This document shows, piece after piece, positions 57,219 through 64,000 of a DNA stretch of 64,000 nucleotides; the first letter of the stretch is position 1, and each line of letters starts with the position of its first letter. Origin of the DNA: an uncultured virus (IMG/VR IMGVR_UViG_3300044732_000510) (taxonomy: Duplodnaviria > Heunggongvirae > Uroviricota > Caudoviricetes); the IMG/VR virus record IMGVR_UViG_3300044732_000510, one strand, 5' to 3'. The position numbers and the translations under genes were made by a program. The notes below the pieces were generated by a model that was not told where the DNA came from, did not search any database, and saw nothing but the letters and a program-made list of their open reading frames with translations.

Positions 57219-60200
57219 TTATTTTATATATTCTACTTTACCTCCGGCAGCTTCAATAGCTTTTATTTGATCCATAGTTAAACTATAGACTTTACCTTTA
57301 GCATATTGTGTATTCATAGATCCACCTTTCTTACCATACAGACCACCTTCATAACCTTGTTTTCCAGGAGTACTTCCATATTGAGTTTCATTACCACTAG
57401 CCATTAAGTCTGAACCTTTTCTTTCTGCAGAACCAAATCCTGATTGACCTGTGTTAGCAGTAGCAGCATCAGATGTTCTGTTTCTTATTCTTTGTGGATT
57501 CAATATGTTTCTTTCTTCACTTATAGCATTTTTTGTATTTGTAAGTAGACCTGTTAAACTTGTTGGACCACTAAATAAATCTGTAGCAAATTGTCCTGGA
57601 TTAAATGTGTAAGCAGATTTTTCTACTGTTCTTCCTATAAGATTAGGATCTTCAAACTCTGGTTTACCAGCAGTGATTCCAGATTTAGCCATTGGCATAT
57701 AACCACCATAAGCCATATACTCAGGTACATAACCACCGTAATCCATATAACCACCGTAAGCCATTGGTAATTCATCTAAACCATCTTCTCCAGTATAAGC
57801 TGGATTAGACCCACTTGATGGAGGTGGTACTCCAGGATTATAATCTTGTGGAGTAGGTACAAACTTTGGATCAGCCATAGGATTATCCTGACCCGGTGAA
57901 GGGTATGATGGACTTGGTGTAGCAGGTCTACTACCTACATTACCAGAAATACCTGTAGTTGCTGTTCCAAAAGCATTACCTGCAAATTTATTAGAAGATA
58001 CATCAGATTGTCCAGACATTGTAAAATCATTTGGACTTTGTGCAGATTTTAAATTACCAGATGGTTGAACACCTGTGCTAGCTGATCCAAATTGATTTCC
58101 AGAAAATGCATTACCAGCAAATGGATTACTTGATGATACAGCAGATTCACCTTGAGATTGTATTGTTTCAGGAGCTTGACCAGATACTGAAGTAGGAATT
58201 TGTGAAGCTTCTCTTGTTGGAGCTTTAGAATCATCTTCTATAGCTTCATTTGCAGCAGCTTCATCCATTGCTTTATCTGTAGCTTTTTGATTGTCTATTT
58301 CATCCATCCACTTATCATGTCTTTTAGCCATTCTTCTTTCTTTTCTGCTGTCTAGTTCCTCAGCTCCCCAACCTCTTTCTGTAGTTCCTGGTTCACCTTT
58401 TGGATTTACATTTGTACCAGCAAAACTACTTGCTGCTCCAGTTTTAGATTGATCTCCAGTAGTTGTTGTAGCTCCAGGTGCAGCTGGTGCTTCACCATTA
58501 TCAATTCTCCATTCAGTTATTCTTTTAGTATCAAATGGATTATACCATTTACCTCTATCTTTATATGATGTTTGTTTAACACCCTTTGTTCCCTCAGGTA
58601 CTTGCCAGTTAACAGGAGAAAAACCACTACTATAATTAAAATCTCTAGTAAGACCAAAACCTAATCTTTGTGGTCTACCTACTGAGAATTGACCTTGACC
58701 CATCCCTTGTTGACCCTGCATCATTTGCATATACTGTTGGAATTGTGCCATTGTATTAGCATCAAATTGAGGTTGACCTTGATTAGTAGTTGTAGTTGTT
58801 TTTGTTTGATTTGTGTTAGTTGTTGTTCCCGTACCACCTTGAGTAGTTGTACCTGTATTAGGTTGACCAGATGGTTGGAATCTATTACCTACAGTTCCAG
58901 AAGGTTGTATACCTGTAGTAGCTTTACCAAACGGATTACCTTTGAATGGATTACCTAACAGCTCTTCTGGTTTTTTATTACCCATCTGATCTATTCTGTT
59001 TTTGGTAGCATTCATTTGTTTTTGGAAGTTAGTAATATAACCATCATATGCTTTATGTAATACATCTCCTCCATAAGCATACTCATCTCCACCATAGATA
59101 AACTTAGCAAGTGTATTTGGATCCATGTTAGCTGCATCTACAAAACCACCATGTTCATAACCTATACCAAACGGGTCTTCATTTTGAAAATCTCTGATGA
59201 TACCTGCATTCTGGTCTGCAGCATTTAGAACAGCTTGTTTTTCTTGTTCACTGGTCCAAGTGGATTGATCTGAAATTATTGGCTCATTTTTAGAAGAAGG
59301 TCCTGTAGCTTTCATAGTCTTTTTACCATTAAGCATTCTAGCATTTGGATTCTCAAAAGGGTTGCCCAATAATTCTTCTGGATCTGGCAAATCTACTATT
59401 GATCTAACTCTGTTACCTTCTTGGTCAACACAGTGACCTAAGCTTGAATCATATACAGATCCTGGAGGACACTTAATCTCATTCTTTTTATCAGATCTAT
59501 TGTTTTGTGCTGCAGTTGAATTAGGGTTTTGTTTAGCTACCTCATCTAATGCTGCATTGTTTATTGTAGTAATAGTTTTCTTTCTTACTTGTGCTGGGTA
59601 ACTAACTTTTTTATATGACATCATTCCCGGCATCATTCCCGGAAACATACCTGGCATCATATTCATTGCACCAGGTAGTAACTTAGCTAAGTCACCAATA
59701 GCATCTAAGTCCCAATTAGCTTCAGCTTTTCTTAATCCACCCAATGGACCAAACTCATAGTTAACATCTACTCCTGGAATAGCAGTAGGTGTTCCAAACA
59801 TAGCTCTGTTAGCTCTTCTTATTTTTCTATTTCTACCACCAAATAGAAACTTGCCATTAAAATCTTCACCCATAGTTGAATCTTGATATTGTTGATATTC
59901 ATTTTCAGCTTGTTGTTTTAACACAGCTTCATTACCAGTTTGTTTTATAATAGAAGCTAAGTTTTTTTCAGGACTAGTAAATCCAGCAGGACTATCTATT
60001 GTACCTCTAGGAGATATATTAGTCTCATTATTTTGAACTTCATCTCCTTGTGCTGCTTTTCTAAGTTCTTTAATTCTTTTCTTTACATAAGCACCTTTGG
60101 TTAAACCACCAAACTTATAAGCATTGTCATAAGGTTCAGCATCCATTCCAATATAATAGGGTTCTTTTGGTTTAGGCACAATGCTTCCCGGAGCAAATTG

Positions 60201-60629
60201 TCCACCTTCTGCATACTGTCCACCATATCTTGCCATATCATCATCTTCATCTTCATCATCAGCACCATCATTAACTACATCAAGTCCTTGATTATCACCA
60301 CCATAGTAATCATAAATAGCAGCATTGTCTGGCTCTTCTTCTTCTACCACTGCTTCTGCTACTTCATCTTCTACAGGTTCATCATAAGGAGCTGTTGGTT
60401 CTTCTTCATCATACTCATCATCTCCAAGAAGATCATATAACTTATAAACTTTATCTCTTGCTTGATCTCTTGATAAACCAAACTCAGCCATTTCATAGAT
60501 AATGATCTCAGGATCTTTGCCTTCTGCAATCTTTTTCTTAATCTCTTTATCTGTATTAACAGCCATACCATCCTTAGCTTTTACAAGCTTTCCTTTACCA
60601 TCTGGTGCTTTATATATTCTGACTTTCAT
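57219..60629 (-). CDS. virion-module low-complexity protein with many GG motifs and internal repeats
   Basis: 1136 aa; MAYGG-type motifs; GNPF/GNAF..TTG repeats. Confidence 0.7.
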   Translation of the reverse strand: MKVRIYKAPDGKGKLVKAKDGMAVNTDKEIKKKIAEGKDPEIIIYEMAEFGLSRDQARDKVYKLYDLLGDDEYDEEEPTAPYDEPVEDEVAEAVVEEEEPDNAAIYDYYGGDNQGLDVVNDGADDEDEDDDMARYGGQYAEGGQFAPGSIVPKPKEPYYIGMDAEPYDNAYKFGGLTKGAYVKKRIKELRKAAQGDEVQNNETNISPRGTIDSPAGFTSPEKNLASIIKQTGNEAVLKQQAENEYQQYQDSTMGEDFNGKFLFGGRNRKIRRANRAMFGTPTAIPGVDVNYEFGPLGGLRKAEANWDLDAIGDLAKLLPGAMNMMPGMFPGMMPGMMSYKKVSYPAQVRKKTITTINNAALDEVAKQNPNSTAAQNNRSDKKNEIKCPPGSVYDSSLGHCVDQEGNRVRSIVDLPDPEELLGNPFENPNARMLNGKKTMKATGPSSKNEPIISDQSTWTSEQEKQAVLNAADQNAGIIRDFQNEDPFGIGYEHGGFVDAANMDPNTLAKFIYGGDEYAYGGDVLHKAYDGYITNFQKQMNATKNRIDQMGNKKPEELLGNPFKGNPFGKATTGIQPSGTVGNRFQPSGQPNTGTTTQGGTGTTTNTNQTKTTTTTNQGQPQFDANTMAQFQQYMQMMQGQQGMGQGQFSVGRPQRLGFGLTRDFNYSSGFSPVNWQVPEGTKGVKQTSYKDRGKWYNPFDTKRITEWRIDNGEAPAAPGATTTTGDQSKTGAASSFAGTNVNPKGEPGTTERGWGAEELDSRKERRMAKRHDKWMDEIDNQKATDKAMDEAAANEAIEDDSKAPTREASQIPTSVSGQAPETIQSQGESAVSSSNPFAGNAFSGNQFGSASTGVQPSGNLKSAQSPNDFTMSGQSDVSSNKFAGNAFGTATTGISGNVGSRPATPSPSYPSPGQDNPMADPKFVPTPQDYNPGVPPPSSGSNPAYTGEDGLDELPMAYGGYMDYGGYVPEYMAYGGYMPMAKSGITAGKPEFEDPNLIGRTVEKSAYTFNPGQFATDLFSGPTSLTGLLTNTKNAISEERNILNPQRIRNRTSDAATANTGQSGFGSAERKGSDLMASGNETQYGSTPGKQGYEGGLYGKKGGSMNTQYAKGKVYSLTMDQIKAIEAAGGKVEYIK

Positions 60630-60664
60630 GCTATTGCTTATAATTAAATATACTAAATTTTAAA

Positions 60665-63600
60665 TTAACCAATAAACTTTTTAAGTTTAGTTACTGGTTC
60701 TACTCTGTATCCATTGTCTATATACCATTGTATTTCTTTTTCTGGTATGTCTACTTCTATATAATCATCTGTTGCTCCACCTTGTTTATAAGGATTATGA
60801 ACATCAAAAATAAATCTTGGTGAGTCACTTCCAAAACCTTTTGTATTAACTCCAGATACTTTATAACCTAACTTAGATGGTAATAATAATTCTTGTTCAG
60901 CAACATATTGTGATCCTGTATACATATTAGGCCTAAAAGCACTTTGGCCTTCAGGAACATTTATAATAGCTACTTTAGATGTAGGATCACCACTTCCCCA
61001 AACATTACCTGTCATATCAGTAGTTGTACTCCAATTATGTTCTGGATATATTATATCTCCTTCAAGTAAATCATCATAATTTAATGTAAGTTCCTGATCA
61101 CCTCTCATTGTTTTAACAGGTCTATTAAAACTAGATGTTCTTCTAACTTGAGCAGGTGCTTTAAGTTTATTAGCTCCTATAACTGGTTCAATTTGATCAG
61201 ATAAATATTTTGCAAACTCTTTATTACCACCGTAACCAGGATTCTGATTAAAGTAACCAGAGTATTCTAACTGATACGTATCACCTAAAAACTTTTGTTG
61301 ATTAGTTAAATCATTTTCTAAACCAGTTGATTTAGCAAATTCATCATCAACTAAAAACCCTTCCTTAGAATTTAATTTTCCTACATCATCATGTGCACCA
61401 AACACTAGTATTTCATCATCTTTTCCTTTACCAAATTGTTTTTCAAATTTTGGTTTATATTCTTTTAATAATGCATTTGCTTCATTTTGAGCTTGCATAA
61501 AAGATTCTTCAGTTGGAAATAATTCTGGATAAGCTTCATTAGCAGCCTTAAAATTTTTATAACCTTTAGCATGTCTTAACTCTTCAATATTTCTATACTT
61601 AGTAAGTATACTACCTTGCGGCTTACCTTTACTCAATGTTTTAAATCCTCTACCTACATCACTAAATAAATCACCAGCTTTAGCAAATTTTAGTCCGCTT
61701 AGACCAGGTGCTATTAAACCAGCAACACCAATTACATCCATAGTTTCATCAAAACCTTCTCCATAGTTAGAACCTGTAAGAGGATTAACACCCATGTCAA
61801 AGTTTCCAGTATTAGCATAGTTATATACACCTTGTCCTAAACCAAGAGGTAGTGTAGTTATATCTCCCATACTTTGACCAACACCTTTTAATGTACCTAA
61901 TGGATCTTCATATACTCTATGTGCTGATGCTATACCAGAAAGTTCAGCAGCAGTATCTCTTACTAAATTATAGTTTTCTGTTTTTCTAGCATTGGCTTCA
62001 TCTACAGCATCTTGGAATTGTCCCTTGTAACCTTCCTTCATTAGATTAGGATCAAATCTATCCCAACCTTTCTTTTCATACTCTTGTCTAAATTTGGTAC
62101 CTGCACTTTGATCTTTACTTTTTTCTAACTTCTTTCTAGCTTTTTCATACTCAGCTTTGTTTTTTTCTTCAGCTTCATAGTTTTTCTTAGCATCCTTAAT
62201 TTCTTTCTTATATTTTTCTAATCCAGCTTTAGTAAAGTTAACAGGTTCAAGATTTTCACCAGGCATACCAAAATATTGACCAGCATTTTTTCCTAATTTT
62301 CTAGCTTCATCAGCTTTTGTTTTACCACCTCTTAAGATATAATCAGAAAGTTTTTTACCTTTCTTAGCTGATGCTTTTACTTCAGTAAGATTCTTAGTAC
62401 CACTAGCATCATAACCACCATACATTCCTGTATAAGAATCTGCTGCTTGAATATTACCACTACCCCAATTGTATGGTACACATTTACCTAAGGCATCTCT
62501 CATCTGTCCTCTAGGACATGGAGCTCCACCTGGCTTAAGTCTATCTAACTTGGGTATAGAAGGATCATTTATTTCTTCTACTACATAACCACCATCTATG
62601 TATTTTTGTATTTCTTCTTCAGTAAGATCTACAATAGATCCACCAAGTTCTTGTTTATAAGGACTTTTAAATTTACCCGGATCATTTGGTCCTTTTTTTA
62701 AATATAAATTATTAGCAGGGTTTCTTCTAACAATACCGTCAGGCAACATATTTTGATTAGAAAGTTCTAATAAAGTATTTGTCTTATCTCTTGAGTTCAT
62801 AGGTAATACACCTACACCAGCTCCAACAGCATTATTAAATATATCTTCTCCTGATTCACCTAATATCATTTTTGCTTTTTCTAAAAAGCCGGGTGCTTTA
62901 TTATCAGGGTAAGTATCATCAAACCATCTTGGATCACCAAAAATTGTTCCTAGCTCATGTCCAACACCCATTGCATTTGCACCCCATAAACCTGCTGTTT
63001 GTGGAATACCAGTATATTGAGCCCATTCAGGAAAATAATTCACAATAGCTTCAGCTGCATACCTACCTGCTTGTGGATGTCTAAAATTATCTATTTCATC
63101 TTCATCTTCTCCAACTGTTGCTGCTGCTGATACACTAGCTTTACCCATTGCATCATCTAGTATATTTTTATTAATAAAATCTTCAACAGCATCACCTTCA
63201 AATGATATTTGATTTTTGGGCGGTGTGTACAGTTCTATTTCTTTTATTTGTCTTAGTAATCCTTCTGCTTTTTCTTGATTTGCAAGCAAAGGTGAATTCC
63301 TTAATTTATCATATTGCTCAACCAACTTTTCATAGTCAGAGTTAAATGTATCAGTTTTCTTTTTATTCTTTTTAGCTTTAGCTTTTTTAGATGCAGTTAT
63401 AGTAAACTCTTTAAGATTTTGAATATACTCAGGATTGTAAGAACTTTTTGGAGCTTGCTTAAACTGTTGTAATGAACCATATTTTCTATCACGCATTAAG
63501 TTTAAAAAAGTTCTATCTTCAAGTTTAGCCTCACATCTTTTAGTGTATGGATTATATTGTTGCCCAGGAGGACATGGTTTACCACCTTTATTTAATTCTG

Positions 63601-63769
63601 GTATAGAAATATCACCACCATCTTCATACTTGAATTTACCTTTAGGATTATATACTCCGGGTGCTCTCTTCTTTTTTTTCTTTTTAAACAGTGGGTTTTT
63701 TACAAACAGTCTATTAGTAGCATATATATTGCTATTCTGTAATGGACCACCTTTTTTGAAATCTGTCAT
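60665..63769 (-). CDS. multidomain virion-module protein with C-terminal R-S-E ADP-ribosyltransferase domain
   Basis: QVRR (~61140), WSTT (~61025), INVPEG, EQELLLP (60890-60898); DNFRH..HE..DIFNN domain near the N-terminus. Confidence 0.75.
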   Translation of the reverse strand: MTDFKKGGPLQNSNIYATNRLFVKNPLFKKKKKKRAPGVYNPKGKFKYEDGGDISIPELNKGGKPCPPGQQYNPYTKRCEAKLEDRTFLNLMRDRKYGSLQQFKQAPKSSYNPEYIQNLKEFTITASKKAKAKKNKKKTDTFNSDYEKLVEQYDKLRNSPLLANQEKAEGLLRQIKEIELYTPPKNQISFEGDAVEDFINKNILDDAMGKASVSAAATVGEDEDEIDNFRHPQAGRYAAEAIVNYFPEWAQYTGIPQTAGLWGANAMGVGHELGTIFGDPRWFDDTYPDNKAPGFLEKAKMILGESGEDIFNNAVGAGVGVLPMNSRDKTNTLLELSNQNMLPDGIVRRNPANNLYLKKGPNDPGKFKSPYKQELGGSIVDLTEEEIQKYIDGGYVVEEINDPSIPKLDRLKPGGAPCPRGQMRDALGKCVPYNWGSGNIQAADSYTGMYGGYDASGTKNLTEVKASAKKGKKLSDYILRGGKTKADEARKLGKNAGQYFGMPGENLEPVNFTKAGLEKYKKEIKDAKKNYEAEEKNKAEYEKARKKLEKSKDQSAGTKFRQEYEKKGWDRFDPNLMKEGYKGQFQDAVDEANARKTENYNLVRDTAAELSGIASAHRVYEDPLGTLKGVGQSMGDITTLPLGLGQGVYNYANTGNFDMGVNPLTGSNYGEGFDETMDVIGVAGLIAPGLSGLKFAKAGDLFSDVGRGFKTLSKGKPQGSILTKYRNIEELRHAKGYKNFKAANEAYPELFPTEESFMQAQNEANALLKEYKPKFEKQFGKGKDDEILVFGAHDDVGKLNSKEGFLVDDEFAKSTGLENDLTNQQKFLGDTYQLEYSGYFNQNPGYGGNKEFAKYLSDQIEPVIGANKLKAPAQVRRTSSFNRPVKTMRGDQELTLNYDDLLEGDIIYPEHNWSTTTDMTGNVWGSGDPTSKVAIINVPEGQSAFRPNMYTGSQYVAEQELLLPSKLGYKVSGVNTKGFGSDSPRFIFDVHNPYKQGGATDDYIEVDIPEKEIQWYIDNGYRVEPVTKLKKFIG

Positions 63770-64000
63770 TACCTTAAAGAATATTGATTTTTACTATTGA
63801 ATAACTTAAGTATCATGTTAGTATCTCTTGAGTTAGTTTTACTAAGGTACATAAAGTTAACCATGTGCCGGAATTTTTTTCTCTGCAAAAGAGATTTGTT
63901 ATAGTCTACAGCTGTAGGATTGATAGCTTTTTTATAACCATTAGCTTCAGTAATCCATAACATATTCTCAGGATAGTTTCCTAATAAAGTTGTAGTACCT
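63769..64000 (-). CDS. 3' end of a structural gene (possibly tail/stabilization protein), truncated by the window edge
   Basis: Frame stays open from 63999 (GTTTLLGNYPENMLW...) to the stop, which overlaps the next ATG. Confidence 0.6.
   Translation of the reverse strand, partial: GTTTLLGNYPENMLWITEANGYKKAINPTAVDYNKSLLQRKKFRHMVNFMYLSKTNSRDTNMILKLFNSKNQYSLR

Noticed and set aside
57699..57765. Tandem ATAACCACC(A/G)TA DNA repeats as a non-coding element
   Set aside because: Explained by the encoded YGGY peptide repeats
29655..63800. Many 60-210 aa opposite-strand or alternate-frame ORFs in the track (e.g. 47481..48110, 49098..49502)
   Set aside because: Shadows of long real genes, with S/L/F/I-rich composition and no motifs; the same applies to 16330..16965 and 27874..28245
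1..64000. Stop-codon reassignment as in some crAss-like phages
   Set aside because: Genes up to ~4,000 codons are intact in code 11, and TAA, TAG and TGA all end well-formed genes
1..64000. tRNA, rRNA, integrase or reverse transcriptase/DGR
   Set aside because: No cloverleaf or T-loop signature noticed in the short intergenic gaps, and no YxDD RT or recombinase motifs; tRNAscan and HMM searches were not run

Overview
This 64-kb window is part of an AT-rich, crAss-like (Crassvirales-type) lytic phage genome in the standard genetic code. The host is most likely a Bacteroidota, judged from TTTG-N19-20-TAnnTTTG promoters, A-rich leaders without SD sites and signal peptides with Gln at +1. Bases 1-28.65 kb (+ strand) carry accessory, replication and recombination genes: HNH, SF2 helicase, ClpS, UNG, DnaB, Sak4-like ATPase, SSB-like protein, primase, a DUF6878/DUF6915/vWA-peptidase/MoxR cluster, a PD-(D/E)XK exonuclease, PolB and a MazG-like NTP-PPase. 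Bases 28.67-64 kb (- strand) carry giant virion/cargo genes, including a ~4,000-aa virion RNA polymerase (DFDVD). Most notable: (1) domains inside the giant virion proteins, including a NADAR domain in the RNAP, are bracketed by short nucleotide direct repeats, suggesting swappable effector cassettes; (2) a virion-module R-S-E ADP-ribosyltransferase; (3) three adjacent proteins punctuated by recurring di-glycine motifs, possibly polyproteins; (4) two free-standing homing endonucleases that each appear to have replaced one end of the gene they invaded, leaving the old end as a scar; (5) a 28-bp junction repeat and twin YKNLE microproteins in the accessory region. All family calls come from reading motifs by eye; no database searches were run.
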